From positions 434,001-498,000 of the forward strand of contig BCKZ01000007.1 of the NCBI GenBank assembly GCA_001600815.1: a DNA stretch of 64,000 bases, in the 5' to 3' direction. The notes beneath the pieces were generated by a model. That model saw only the letters and a program-made list of their open reading frames with translations. It made no database searches and was not told where the DNA came from. The first letter of the stretch is position 1, and each line of letters begins with the position of its first letter. This DNA is from Alloascoidea hylecoeti (lineage: Eukaryota). Both the position numbers and the translations under genes were made by a program. Positions 35,030 to 47,930 of the stretch are shown piece by piece.

Positions 35030-36652
35030 ATGAAATCTCAGGTGCTTTTATCATTATTGATGCCCATCGTCTCGTTGGGGTTGAAATTACCATATTTTGG
35101 TGAAATCTCTCTTACTGGCACTGGCCCAATTCAACCACAAATGCCCATTAACTTTCCAGTCAATTCAGAAAAACTATCTGCTCTTGACATTGCTAGAAAG
35201 CTTTATGGTAATCATAAAGATAGCTACAGGGAAGATATTAAACAATTGTGGCGAGAAGTTGAGGAACAGGTACCATCAATGAGGGGTAAATTACTTGGAA
35301 GCCTTAATAAGAAGGCAAAAAAAGTTCAAGAAAATATTGCTAAGAAAATTAAATGGGATAAATTTGTTACGAATAAGAAAGTTCCTGGTAATCGTCTTCG
35401 TGTTAAAAAAACAAATCCTGGAGTGTTGGGACTTGACACTGTTAAACAGTATTCCGGTTATCTTGATGTTGAGGCAGAAGATAAGCATTTCTTTTATTGG
35501 TTTTTTGAATCTCGTAATGACCCAAAGACAGATCCTGTTATTTTATGGCTTAATGGAGGTCCTGGATGCTCATCACTTACTGGATTGTTTTTTGAGTTGG
35601 GATCTTCTTCCATTTCACCTAAATTAAAACCTATTTACAATAACTATTCATGGAATAGCAATGCTAGTGTTATTTTCCTTGATCAGCCGGTAAATGTTGG
35701 TTACTCATACTCCTCAAAAAGTGTCTCATCAACCGTTGCAGCAGGTAAAGATGTCTACGCCTTTTTGACTTTGTTCTTTTCACAATTCCCAGAATATAAT
35801 AATCTACCATTCCATATTGCAGGAGAGTCATATGGTGGACATTATGTTCCAGAATTCGCTGCTGAGATTATTAGTCACGAAGATAGAATTTTTGATATTA
35901 AATCTATTCTTGTTGGTAATGGTATAACCGATCCTCTTATTCAAAGTAAATATTATGAACCCATGGCTTGTGGTGCAGGTGGATATCCAGCTGTGCTTAC
36001 AGAAGAAGAATGTCAAAATTTGAGGGATATCTATCCTCGCTGTGCTAAATTAACTGAAGCTTGTTATAAGGCTGAGAGCGCATTTACTTGTGTCCCTGCA
36101 AACTATTATTGTGGCAAATTGCTCGATTCTTATGGAAAGACAGGTCGAAATGTTTATGATATTCGTGAAATGTGTGATGGAAGCGACCTCTGCTATTCTG
36201 CACTGAACGATGTTGATGCTTACTTAAATCAAGAAGAGGTGAAACTTGCCGTTGGCGCTGAAGTTGAAACATATGTCGGATGTAGTAATTCTGTTGGTAT
36301 TAACTTCTTTTTTACAGGAGATGGTGCAAAACCATTCCAAAAGTATGTGAAACAATTACTAGAAAATGATATTCCAGTACTACTTTATGAAGGTGATAAA
36401 GATTTCATTTGTAATTGGTTAGGAAACAGAGCTTGGTCCAACGCTTTAGAATGGGATGGGCAATTTGATTATGCTATCGCACCAACAGAAGATTGGATCA
36501 CCAATGATGGGGCTTTTGCTGGAACAGTCAAAAGTGCTCATAACTTAACTTTTGTTCGTGTTTTCGAATCTGGACATATGGTCCCTTACAATCAACCAGA
36601 AAATTCTTTGGATATGCTTAACAAATGGATTTTTGGTGAGGAATTGGCTTGA
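35030..36652 (+). CDS. PRC1: Vacuolar carboxypeptidase Y (S10 serine carboxypeptidase), 540 aa
   Basis: Signal and propeptide; [39 protein letters not shown] (Ser), [12 protein letters not shown] (Asp), [10 protein letters not shown] (His). Confidence 0.96.
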   Translation: MKSQVLLSLLMPIVSLGLKLPYFGEISLTGTGPIQPQMPINFPVNSEKLSALDIARKLYGNHKDSYREDIKQLWREVEEQVPSMRGKLLGSLNKKAKKVQENIAKKIKWDKFVTNKKVPGNRLRVKKTNPGVLGLDTVKQYSGYLDVEAEDKHFFYWFFESRNDPKTDPVILWLNGGPGCSSLTGLFFELGSSSISPKLKPIYNNYSWNSNASVIFLDQPVNVGYSYSSKSVSSTVAAGKDVYAFLTLFFSQFPEYNNLPFHIAGESYGGHYVPEFAAEIISHEDRIFDIKSILVGNGITDPLIQSKYYEPMACGAGGYPAVLTEEECQNLRDIYPRCAKLTEACYKAESAFTCVPANYYCGKLLDSYGKTGRNVYDIREMCDGSDLCYSALNDVDAYLNQEEVKLAVGAEVETYVGCSNSVGINFFFTGDGAKPFQKYVKQLLENDIPVLLYEGDKDFICNWLGNRAWSNALEWDGQFDYAIAPTEDWITNDGAFAGTVKSAHNLTFVRVFESGHMVPYNQPENSLDMLNKWIFGEELA

Positions 36653-37673
36653 ACTTAGGTTTTTAATATGATAAAATGATATGATATATGATAATTAATT
36701 AGCTCTAAAGCACATATAAACTGCCCTATATAGGGACCGAGATTCAAAAGAGTCTGTTTATATTGCTATTTATGTAAGGTTTTAATTAACAATTGGCACG
36801 AATATATATATACTAATTAAATTATACATTCTTGTGAAGCAATTATATCAAGAATATAAATATAAGGTCGGTTACGACTGCAATATTAATTTCGATTCGC
36901 AGATCCCCCAAAGTCGTATGGTTATGTATTATTAATAAAAAACTGCCTCACCCAGTTTAGTAGCTATAAGACTTCCATCCAAGCGCTAGTAAGGTTGTGA
37001 TAATGACTGTAATTAACGGAGTTAGCTATTATTATATTATGAGTTAGTAGATTACTGCTATATCGTTGCCTAACAACTTTTTATTATAAAATACCATAAA
37101 TCTGTACAACGAGGCTACAGAATACATTCTTTGTTATTTAGAATTCGAAGCAAAGGGTCTCCTCAGAGAGTCTCCTCAGAGAGTCTTCTCAAATGAGTTT
37201 ATAAATAAAATCCAATCAAAATGATATCATGAATGTTGCGTTATATCTCTTACTCTCCTCCAATGAGTCCTCATTATCTTCAAATTCTCATCATGAATAA
37301 ATAGATGACATTTTATATTACTTAAATTATAATTTTACGATCTCCCGTATTTTAGATGTACTCAAGCATTTTCTCCATAATTTGAAATAACTGATGCTGT
37401 TCGACTCATTTACACTTAAATTCATCTTTGAAACCAATTGCACCTTATAAATAGATCCTAATAATTTATTTGTATGGCATAATGGCAGTGGGTATTGAAA
37501 CAATAATGTGAGACCATGGGAATTTCACTATTTTCAGGCACCGCTTTAATTTAATAAAATAATTATGAGTAATTGGGTGAATATAAATAAGAGAAAATAT
37601 GTCCTCATAAAATCATAAGTCAAATCACTTAATCGATATTGATCTATTATAATTAGTAAAACTATCAACTATC

Positions 37674-38405
37674 ATGAAGTTAACAATTGAAACTTTACTG
37701 TTATTTATTTCAACCTCTTTGATTGGATTTGCAAATGCTACTCTAATTCAAACTGCAGCTCCTACTGTTTCTGGAATCAATAAATATTTAAGTGATGCAG
37801 CAATAACTTCATATGATACTGCTCTTTATCAAAGTTATTATGATGCTTATGAAAGTTATTATGAAAGTTTATTAACTGATACTGCATTTTGGCAATCTGT
37901 AGAAGATTATATAACTTCTGTTTATGATAGTGAATTCTGGGAAAGTGTGAAAACTGACACTGAGATACTTGGTTACCTAACAAGTGAATTGGGAATAACT
38001 GGTGATCTTGGTGATTACGTTACCGAAGTTCTTGGAGGTTATGGGTCTTACTTAGGTGATGATTTTAGTACTTACATTTCGGAGGTTTTAGAGGAAATTG
38101 ATACTTTATTGGGTAGTGGCTCTGAAGTTTCAACTCAAACGGGGACTGGTGGTTCTGAAGTACCAGCTCAAACTGGTACAACATCCCCAACCTCAACGCT
38201 TTCAACAACTACTTTGAACCAAAAATCTTCTTCCACTAAAGAGGGATCTTCTTCTAACAAAGCTAGCGGAAGTACAATAGAAGCAATTTCTTCAAATGGT
38301 GTAGCTACAGCAGGAATTCCTGGTTCAGTTGCAATTAACCGCTCTTTCAGCTTAATGTTTGTTCCCTTAATTGTCTGTGTTGTTTTATCCATTGGATTGT
38401 GCTGA
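37674..38405 (+). CDS. Predicted GPI-anchored / cell-surface Ser-Thr-rich protein, 243 aa
   Basis: N-terminal signal peptide, Tyr/acidic helical region, S/T-rich stalk, hydrophobic C-terminus FSLMFVPLIVCVVLSIGLC. Confidence 0.85.
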   Translation: MKLTIETLLLFISTSLIGFANATLIQTAAPTVSGINKYLSDAAITSYDTALYQSYYDAYESYYESLLTDTAFWQSVEDYITSVYDSEFWESVKTDTEILGYLTSELGITGDLGDYVTEVLGGYGSYLGDDFSTYISEVLEEIDTLLGSGSEVSTQTGTGGSEVPAQTGTTSPTSTLSTTTLNQKSSSTKEGSSSNKASGSTIEAISSNGVATAGIPGSVAINRSFSLMFVPLIVCVVLSIGLC

Positions 38406-39038
38406 AATTATACACCATATATTATTAACTTTTTCTATCATATATTTACAATCTTTTAATCAATTAATAACATTTATGGTTAGTTTCTAGATATCAGCAG
38501 CTGAATACTCAAAATTAATATTTAAATTTTAAATGAAGTATAATCAAGATACTAAGAACTATTTAGAAACCAGTATCAGTAGTATAAGTACTTATCCCAC
38601 TCTAGCTCATATAAGTACATGTAGAAACTATTTGACGGTAGAGTAGGTATTAGTTGTATTAGTTGAAGGCCCTATAGCTGTACATATAGCCTATGTGAAG
38701 TTTGTGAACGTAGAAAATAGGAAAATCAAGAATTGTTTCCCGAAGTCGCAAGTTAGACTCGGAACTTTTGACAATGGGAAATATTTCATATGTAACAAAA
38801 TAAGCTTAATGATTTTTCAAAGGTAGTCCTCCTATTGATTTTGCTGGATTTGGAGGAAGAACAGGGACTACATTTAAACGCTATATGCCTTATAGGAGAG
38901 AAATCTATTATTATTATATAAATTTATATGTTAATATTTATTGTCCATTAAATACAATAGATATATTATACATAGTACAAATATTATTATTTATTAGAGA
39001 CCCTGGAAAGTATAATATATAATGATCATGGGGTACGA

Positions 39039-40408
39039 TTATGCATCAAATGGGAAATATTTATCTGGACTTATATGCCATCTCTTATCGATAAGCTCGA
39101 TTCCTTTTTCTAGTTCTGTAACATTTATATCATCATTCATTTCATTTGAACCTGCTTTTAATTCATATTCGGAACTACCATATAACATTTCATAGTTTGC
39201 AATTAAACTTAGGAATGATAATTGATCAAATTTTCTTAGTTTAATTAATGATTGTAAGTATTTGATAGATTCTTCATTATTTGATGATAATTTTAACGTA
39301 TCAATTTCATTCCCATTAACTAATTTTATAATTTTTTTTAAGGCTTCAAAATCAATAATATTGATTTTCGATAACCAAAATTTCGCTTCTTTTTGATTTA
39401 AATTTTGAATCTGATCTTTACTAAATGAATTTGATAGTAAAATTAATAATGATAATGATGAAGTGATACCTTCGATTTCTTCCTCTTCCTTCATTGATAT
39501 CTTCTCTTGTTTATTTAAATTTAGATTAATCAATGATTTATAAATGGTTTCAAAATGATTTGAGCAACTTGAATATAATTTCATACCAATTAATGTTGCA
39601 CCAACCGAAAAGATTAAGTTACACATTTTGGAATGTATTAATAAATAGTTAGTATTATTTTGTTTTGATCTTAATACCCATAATAATGAAAAATATTGTG
39701 ATAATAATAGATGGTTGGCTCCTCCGGCCCTTAGTTTGATCAATAAAACTTGTAAATTCCAAGGAACAAATTCAGGAAAAGGGTTCATGAATTTTTTATT
39801 GATATTATCGATATTATTCTCAGATGTTATAGGTGATTGTGATCGTAATTGTGATTGTAACATGGGTAATGGTCTACTACTGCTCCGGTTTCTATTTGGT
39901 CCGGGGCGTGGACTTTGACTTAGGCGGTTCCCCCGCATGGGGCTTGACGTTCTGCTACTTATACTCTCTCCTTCTGATTTAGCTAGATTGTTTTCAAATT
40001 CTCTTTTAGTGATCCGAAATAATTCATTACATATTCTTTGTGATTCAGTTTGTGCAATTTCATTAAGACCATATAAAACTAATGATGATAGTCTAATATA
40101 CCAAAACCCCAATATTAAATCGATTTGATTTGGATTACAGTTTAATATACATGATTTTGATGAAGCAGCTGCATTAAGAAATTTGTTATTCTGTAAATGA
40201 ACATTTAGTTGAGAAATGAAAGTTGATAATGTCGGTGGATGGTCGATATCAAGATTGCTCGGTGTTTCCGTTCCATAGTTTGGTGGCTATATTCAAGAAG
40301 TTTGTGTCAGTTCATGCAAATAAGTTCAAGTCTTATGAAATTATGATAACATACTATTGGAGTTGGAACAAAGATGCCTTGGTCTAACAGCACAACTAGT
40401 TGTGACAT
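39039..40408 (-). CDS. Probable fungal TRAPPC12/TTC15-like protein, 2 exons: 40408-40355, 40286-39039; 433 aa
   Basis: Intron 40354-40287 GTATGT..ACTGAC..TAG joins the ATG exon in frame. Motifs FLNAA, FWYIRLSSL..E and VPWNLQVLLIKL recall fungal TRAPPC12-like proteins; the family call is from memory. Confidence 0.7.
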
Positions 40409-40593
40409 ATGCGGTGAAGAGATCTGAGAATGTTGGGCAGATGGTTTTAAATTGGTGTCTCATCCTTCCATCTTTTATATGCCGTCTGACTGTTAAGGTA
40501 ACATAGCATTATGCAATTCTGCATACTACCTTATCAGTATTAATACATGCTGGATTTCAAAAAAGCTAATAGTTTATAATATTCTCATACATA

Positions 40594-41835
40594 CAGTGGG
40601 TCATCTCTAGATATGCCTAATGCATGTTGCAACCTAAAATATGCATGATTTATAAACATAAAATCAGATTAAAACATCAATTCTAAAATAAATATAATGA
40701 AATAAAATAAAATTCAGCTTCTCCATCTCTGTGAGTATCGCCAGACACAAATTCAATAGTTTATATGACCACCTTTTACTTCTATAATTAGGTTTAGTCG
40801 CTTAGGTATCGATTCTATGAGTTTGTCAAAATATGAATGATTTATACTATCCCATAGCTCTGTGAGTACTTCTGAAAGGCGTCTTCAAACCGTATCTACA
40901 CTTCCTTTCATGGTGGCGATTTCTTTATGTTGTTTTCTCAGCTCAATTTTGATCTTATGCCACGCGTTTTCAATGGGACTTAGGTCTGGAGAGTTGGAAG
41001 GCCAAACTAGCTGATTAATCTGATATTCCTCCAAAATCCCTCGGGTTTTTTTTAGAATTGTGAATGGGAGCATTATCCTGTTGGAACATAGCACCTTCAA
41101 ACTCCCGGATAAAAGGTATAGCTACTGGTTTTAACACTTCTTCGATGTATCTCTCAGAATTAATCGCACCAGCATCAAAAGTTACCAATTGGGAACGTTT
41201 TTGACCCCAAAGGCTCCCCACACCATCACGGAGACATTTTTGGTTTTAAATCTTGGTAACATATACTTTGTATCTATCACCCATTTTTTGGAAGCAAGAC
41301 TTGGGGGCTGTTGAGCCAACTTTTAAGATGGATGATTCACCAGAAAATATTACTTTCTTCCAATTATCAATGGTAAAATGCAAATATTTCTCAGCAAACA
41401 AGAGTCGGTCAGCTTTGTGTTTATCCGTTAACATAGGTTTCTCTTGCATTTTTTTCCATTCATAATTGTGTTTCTTTATTGTTCTCCGAATGGTGATAGG
41501 CGCTATTTCATATCTCTCTGAAGCTGCTAATTCTTTGACATTTTTTGTTGGACTTCTTGGAAGCAGTGCTATAATTATCTACAGTGCCGGTTTTTTTGTA
41601 ACGTTTCCAGACGCGTCATGCTGTGCTTGGATCAACACCTATAATTTTTGCAGTTTGACTATGATTTTTACCTTCATCAACCAAATGCTTTTCTTTATCA
41701 GTTAACCTCCTCATATATATTTTGATTGGCCAAAAATTAAAGTTTGGCTTGGATATTCTAAAATAAAATTTATAAATAATTTTACGCGTCGGAGAAAAAA
41801 AAAAGTTGGGCAATACCACAGATTACCCATCACTG
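40594..41835 (-). mobile_element. Decayed Tc1/mariner (DD34E) DNA transposon, 1242 bp
   Basis: TA|CAGTG...CACTG|TA termini with imperfect ~30-bp TIRs. Frameshifted transposase: LTDKHKADRLLFAEKY, WKKVIFSGES (first D changed to G), VMVWGAF, FQQDNAPIH, WPSNSPDLSPIENAW. Confidence 0.93.
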
Positions 41836-41860
41836 TATGTATATTACCATTCCATATCAA

Positions 41861-43270
41861 CTAGACAAGAGCAACCATATTTGGTCTATTTACAAAAATA
41901 TCCCATCCTTCCTCCGTAATTGGGGTAATCTGTCTATTTCTCTCCAGTAATTGGTCCGCAGCCGGATCCCTATTTGCAGGTAGAGCCACATTTCCGGGAT
42001 GAATTATGTCAACTCTTCCTTCATAAGTAGATGATGATGACATTAATGACTGGACACTAGAATCATTATCATTGGAATTAGCTGAGACATGAGCTAAACG
42101 CTCCTTTAAACCTTCCCCAAAACCTCGCATTCTTAAGATTGCTATAAAACATGTCACCAATAACATTGCAATGGTTATTGCAGCAAAAGTTACCATACTC
42201 TTACCTACGGTTAATTCTGTCTTTGCTATCCAGCCGTAGTCCTCGACAAAGAACGATCTTGAAATTTTTATCAGCTTATACAGAAAATAGATGAATGCTG
42301 CTAAGTAACATAAGAATATTACACACATTCCAACCTTATTCTCAGTTTTTGCAAATAAAGCAGCAAAAATCAAAATTATAATTGTGACTGGAATGAAAAT
42401 AATTGTGATATAAAATTCTGGATCTGTGGCTCCCTTCATTATAACAGCAAATTGAATCGTAAAACCTAAAAAGAAGAAAAAATCAAGCTTTAAAATCGTG
42501 ATATAAATTAAGTAAATTTTATACAATTCTTGTAATCGTCTGTTTGCAGTCAAATTAATGCCTATCTTATAGTTTAACCCACTGCAAACTTTCCAAGTTA
42601 TGCCAATTTGTATTATCGAAGTTATGAAATGGAAGCCAATTATAAGTCCCAATGATATATTTGCACCTTTTGAACTAGAGGACTTCCAGTAATCAAGTTT
42701 ATTGAATTCATATAATTGAATTCCTGAGTATACTGTTAATAGAATGTAAAATACCGCTAAAAACCATATCTAATTAATTGATAATATTTCATTTGTTTAT
42801 GTTAGACATAAATAGACTTTAATTCATTTATTTCATTTAATTGTACTTACCTGTATACTATTTTGTTTATATATCCCCTCAAAAGTTAAATAAACTTGAA
42901 AAAGCTATAAGTATCAAACCATGTTTAGAATTTATTTTCTTCGTGAAAACAAAGCGACTGATGATTATAATTATATATATATAATGATCAGTTACTTCGT
43001 CAGAGTGTAAGTAAATATACATACCTGAGCAAATACAAATAGTGTCCAAAATGTGATCATTCCCCTGCTGTTATCAAAAGCACCACGAGTAAAATACATC
43101 ACAAATGAATATATTTGTAAGGTAATTATGATAATGGCAGATGTCAAAGAAACAATGCAATAAGTCGTTTGATATCCACTTGTTCTTCTTCCATCTTTTA
43201 ATTGTCGATGCAAAAGTGATTTTACAGGATTTTTCGCATATAGAAACCATCGAGAGATGAAGTTTACCAT
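41861..43270 (-). CDS. UPF0658-like multipass membrane protein, 3 exons: 43270-43025, 42904-42851, 42769-41861; 402 aa
   Basis: Spliced LFVFAQ|LFQVYLTFEGIYKQNSIQ|IWFL; YKIGINL...YKIYLIYITILKLDFFFFLGFTIQF; KTENK; GFGEGLK. Introns 43024-42905 and 42850-42770 are GT..AG, phase 0. Confidence 0.85.
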
Positions 43271-44506
43271 ATTTATTGTTTGGTGAGTGATTAAAGGTTG
43301 TAATAGGGGTTATTAATTAATTGACAATGTTGATATATGAGAGCCTCGAGATCAAAGAAATGGAAGGGCCTTTTATATGATTTTATAAAAGCTGTTATTT
43401 CTGGGCATTGGTAGTTATAATTACACTAGCATAGTCACACCGCCTCAAAGAGGCAATTATATCTTGGATAAAAATCATAATGGTCATGTAGAAGAGTCTC
43501 TTATTCAATAAACTCATCCTAAAAGGGGCACAATTATATAAACTTCCCAAGACATTGCCAAATTAATGTCAACTGAATCTTAAAGGAGGTTGCAATTGAC
43601 AGTTTTGTAATCATACTTATGATGTTAGCATAGTTAGTTTTGTGAAATTTTTAACCCCTATATAAATTGGAGAAGTAGATCTAGACCACTATATGGCCTA
43701 CGCATTTGCTCTTTTTCTACCGAATCTACGCTATTTGTTTCTATGCATATTTAATTTCGGCCGCATGGTGAACTAAATATTCGGTATCATTTTACGTAAA
43801 TAATCCTTAAAAATGCTGATTCTCTGGCTGAAAATTGCATACATATTCAAGTGTAGTAGCTAATTTATTGACTATAATTCTGAAGTTATTATCGTATAAC
43901 GTGCTATTCCCGGATGAAAGCCATGTGGAGACAAATTCACCCATGCTATACTTTCGGGGGGCCCTCAGTTCATTGTTTTGTGGGGTATCATTACACTAAC
44001 TTATTAGTAAGATGGTTCCGGTGCAAAAGGAAGACCTCGGTCACTGAAAAAGTACCATACGGGTGTATCGATCCCTATCCTGTCCACTTTCCAAGATTGG
44101 TACATTATATCATAGATGTTATGTCAATGTGATACATAGCGATAATTATAATCAAATTAACCGTTTTGACTATGGATATAGATAATGATTGAGAAACTAT
44201 AAGCTTTCAGCATAACCTGGTATAGGCGTTTCCTTCCAAACAAAATTTAAAGGTTAATCATTGGATATTTTCATACAAATTCACTCTAAAATTTAGCAAA
44301 TTCAACAAGGTATAAGATACAACCACAACAATAAAAAATGAAAGCACACATCCTAGGATTATAGCTCATTTACTGTACTATAGATAATCTAGTTATAAAC
44401 GGCTTTACTATGCTTATCAATTTTATTATAAAGAGGGAGGAATCTTCCTTCACTTTGAAAAGTCATCCAATTCAAATCGATTCCAATAAATAATAATATA
44501 TTAACG

Positions 44507-45091
44507 ATGAAATTTTCTACTCTTGCTACAGTTAGTGCCGCCGCTATCGCCACACCAGTTATTGCAGAAGTCAATGAATACGACGCTTTGGTTGCTGCTT
44601 CTGCTTACCAATTCATCAACACTCATTTTACTGACATCTTAGCCTATGTTGCTCAAAACCCTACAGCCTTCCCACCAGTTGCATTATTAGGCCTTTACCA
44701 AAGTCTTAAAAATGCTTACGGAGATTCTAATGACTTCACTACTGATCAAGCTATTCTTGATCAGTTCCCAACTGCCGCAGTGGAAAGTTGGTTAGCGGTT
44801 CTTCCATGGTCCTTTTCTGTTCCAGCGGAGCCAACTAGCTCAGCACCAGCTTCCACCTCTGCTGACGTTACTACCTCCACTGAAGAGACTTCTACTACTG
44901 CTGCTCCAACATCTACTAAAGAGACTTCTACCACTGCCGCCCCAACCTCTGCTGATAAGACATCTACCACCGAATCTTCAAGTGCCACTGCTACTATACC
45001 TCCTGCAGCAATCGAAACCGGCAATGGTGGTAATTCATACTATGTCCCAGTTGCCGGTGCTTTGGGTGCTGCAATGCTTGCTTTATTGTAA
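44507..45091 (+). CDS. Srp1/Tip1/Tir-like GPI cell-wall mannoprotein, 194 aa
   Basis: Signal peptide; helical domain ending LAVLPW; ETSTTAAPTS repeats; ETGNGG followed by hydrophobic VPVAGALGAAMLALL. Confidence 0.88.
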   Translation: MKFSTLATVSAAAIATPVIAEVNEYDALVAASAYQFINTHFTDILAYVAQNPTAFPPVALLGLYQSLKNAYGDSNDFTTDQAILDQFPTAAVESWLAVLPWSFSVPAEPTSSAPASTSADVTTSTEETSTTAAPTSTKETSTTAAPTSADKTSTTESSSATATIPPAAIETGNGGNSYYVPVAGALGAAMLALL

Positions 45092-45321
45092 AAGCATGGC
45101 GTTATACATATTTATGATAAGTTGATCATGGAGTATCAACAGAAGTAGTTAGTTATATATCTATATTAACGCTTGTTATATCACTTACATATCAATAAGG
45201 AAAAAAATAAAATTGGCAACTTCATAATGGAATAATCATCGTAGCTTTATCGTAGTCACATGACCACCAGAATCACATATTTAAAAGATTATCCGTCAAT
45301 ATTTTTATTCTTGATAATAAT

Positions 45322-46743
45322 ATGCAGCAAAGCACTAAAAATGAGAATATTATAATTAATAATGTTCCGTTTTCGAAATACTCTAGCTCAAGCCTTGGCT
45401 CGGCTTTGGCAGGGTCCGCGAGTATTAATAATGTTAACATTATTAGTACCGCATCCTCAACACAAAAACATCGACTTCGAGCCTCCAGCAACTCCAGCAA
45501 TATTGTTAACCGGGAGGATAGCAACACAGCAGTTCCGGGCTTGAATATAAATGGGTTCATGCATAAAAAGCGAATGTCGTGGTCTGCTACTTCCGCACAG
45601 GTGATCAATCAGTCCAAAGGAAGATTGCCAAATGCACCACACAGACAATCAATATCTGTGGCTGCTACTAACATTAGAGAAGAATTAAACCCGTCACCCA
45701 CACAAAACCTAAAACTACAGACTTCTTTTCCAAGAACTAGAAGTAAAAGCACGACCGTTTTAACGAAGTTAGGTAGTCCTATCAGTTCTCTCTCATTAAA
45801 CAGAAAGAAGTCCGCCCAAAACTCTCCCATTTCTACCGATAGGTCGATGGCTAATGGTTCGAATCAGGAACTTTTTAGCTCCCCAGTTCCAATCCTTAGG
45901 ATAAGCGATGAATTTGGAACGCCAATACAAACGGCTTCGTATGGCGTTGGAACTCGATTTGGTGATATTTTCAACAAGGAAGCCTATTCAAATTCACCAC
46001 AATACAGACATGTTTCTCTTACTGGATCAAAGGATGCAAAAATGACGGGTGTTGATTTGAACGATCGTGATGCCTGTCAAAGTTTAGTTGATCAATTTTA
46101 TGGACATTCAAAGCATCGTGCTACTAGTACTGGATCTATTAATTTCTCCCCTACAAAAGCAAAAAAGAAAGATGACGATATTTTGGAAGAAGAGAAAATA
46201 CACGATGGATGTCTTACTACCAATATAAATGATCACTTTGAAATCAAAAATTTAAAGGATAAATTAATATCTAAAAATAATATTGATTCATTTATAAAAG
46301 AAAAAGAATTAACTATAAAATCTAAAATAACAACATCCAACTCAAATTTAATTAATAAATCAACCGAATTTTCAAATAGAATTAATGAAATTAATAATTT
46401 AAATTCTGAAATTTTAAATCTTAAACATTTTTTGATAACTGAAATTAGATTATTTGATTCTGATTCCAAAAAAAAATATAAAAATTTAAATATCATTGAA
46501 AATGATTTGATATCTTTAAATTATTTAGAAAAAAAAATGAAAAATGTTAAATCAAAATTAAACACTTATAAAAAAAAATTGGATAATGTTGAGAATGTTA
46601 TTGAACAATTAGAAATTATGCAAATTAATACAAAACAAAAAGTTAAAAAGAGAAAAGAAATTGTTAATGTCTCATGCTTTTGTTTGTTTGGTATATTAGC
46701 AATTATTTCAATTTATATTATTATTCGAAAATACTTATTTTGA
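45322..46743 (+). CDS. Tail-anchored coiled-coil membrane protein of unknown family, 473 aa
   Basis: Ser-rich disordered N-terminus, long heptad-like region, single C-terminal TM VSCFCLFGILAIISIYIII followed by RKYLF. Confidence 0.82.
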   Translation: MQQSTKNENIIINNVPFSKYSSSSLGSALAGSASINNVNIISTASSTQKHRLRASSNSSNIVNREDSNTAVPGLNINGFMHKKRMSWSATSAQVINQSKGRLPNAPHRQSISVAATNIREELNPSPTQNLKLQTSFPRTRSKSTTVLTKLGSPISSLSLNRKKSAQNSPISTDRSMANGSNQELFSSPVPILRISDEFGTPIQTASYGVGTRFGDIFNKEAYSNSPQYRHVSLTGSKDAKMTGVDLNDRDACQSLVDQFYGHSKHRATSTGSINFSPTKAKKKDDDILEEEKIHDGCLTTNINDHFEIKNLKDKLISKNNIDSFIKEKELTIKSKITTSNSNLINKSTEFSNRINEINNLNSEILNLKHFLITEIRLFDSDSKKKYKNLNIIENDLISLNYLEKKMKNVKSKLNTYKKKLDNVENVIEQLEIMQINTKQKVKKRKEIVNVSCFCLFGILAIISIYIIIRKYLF

Positions 46744-47145
46744 TTATGATAAAAGGGAAAAATGAATGAAAGGGACTATTATGGTGTTATGCGTTTAATA
46801 AGATTGTATTTTATACTACAATATAGATGTATTTTATAGCTATTCAATGTATTCGAAAGCTATTAATTGTTAGAATCTTATACTTATAATTAACGAATTA
46901 GCTTAGAGAAATTTTTTATCGTTTGTTGGACGTTGGTATTAACCCCACAAATGGTTAAAAGTTTGGGATTCCGATTGCTAAGTGGTGTGAGTGTGATTGA
47001 TTAGTCGAAAACGTTACTCGGATGGGAAATTATTCAGTGTACTACTATGGGACGGTGTGGGCCCAGTGTGGGGAGCATAAGCTTTTACAATGCCCTAATT
47101 GGTGTTTCCAACGATATATAATAAAATTATCGACCCCCGCAGAAT

Positions 47146-47930
47146 TTGATCATGGTTTATTTGACATTATTCAAATTTAAACATAGTTTGAATGTTACAG
47201 CTGTTGGGTGCATTTTTAATAAGGTTTATCTTATAAGATGTCCCACAGATTACACGGTACAGAAACAATTTTCAAATAACAATAACCATGTTAACAGTAT
47301 TGCTGGCCAGTTGGAACAAAATAGAGAATCCCTGCTCAACATTGAGAAGGGAAATGATGTTATAGTTGCGGATCATAGAGCAGCTTTGAGAGAAGGTATT
47401 AAAGACCGTTCTAAAGTTATTTCATCAGTTTTGATCGAAGATGATTTGGAAAAAGTTAAAATTGATCCCAAATTAATTGAAAATGGATATCACTATTGGA
47501 AATGTTTTAAATCCAGTTCCAAAAAGACAATTCTTATCAGGTTTGGTGACTATTAGTGAGATTGCAAATAAAACCCCTGATACCAGGCTGATGGTCAAAT
47601 TGAAGCACTCTTGGTGGGTGTGTTGAGACTAGTCTCAACATTATGCTTTACAACTTTTCTTTGTGGATAATCTGAAATCCAAAACTGAATTGGAAAAATG
47701 TTTAATTCTAATGAGTATTTTAAAATAAAATGTTGCTTCTATATCTTCAATAACAAGAAGAGAGAAGATGTTGTTGAAGCGATTGATTCAGATAGATTCA
47801 AAGATATACCCAGTGATTACGAAATAAAGATGAATTTTTTTTTATTTAGGTCAGATGCAGTTGTTGAATAATTATTTTCAATAAAGATGGTACTGGAAAT
47901 GTGTGTTGGACCTGGTATGAACGCTAAGAT
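47146..47930 (+). pseudogene. Fragmented coding-like sequence of unknown origin
   Basis: 136-codon frame without a convincing start, followed by further short peptide-like frames (FNNKKREDVVEAIDSDRFKDIPSDYEIK). Confidence 0.35.
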
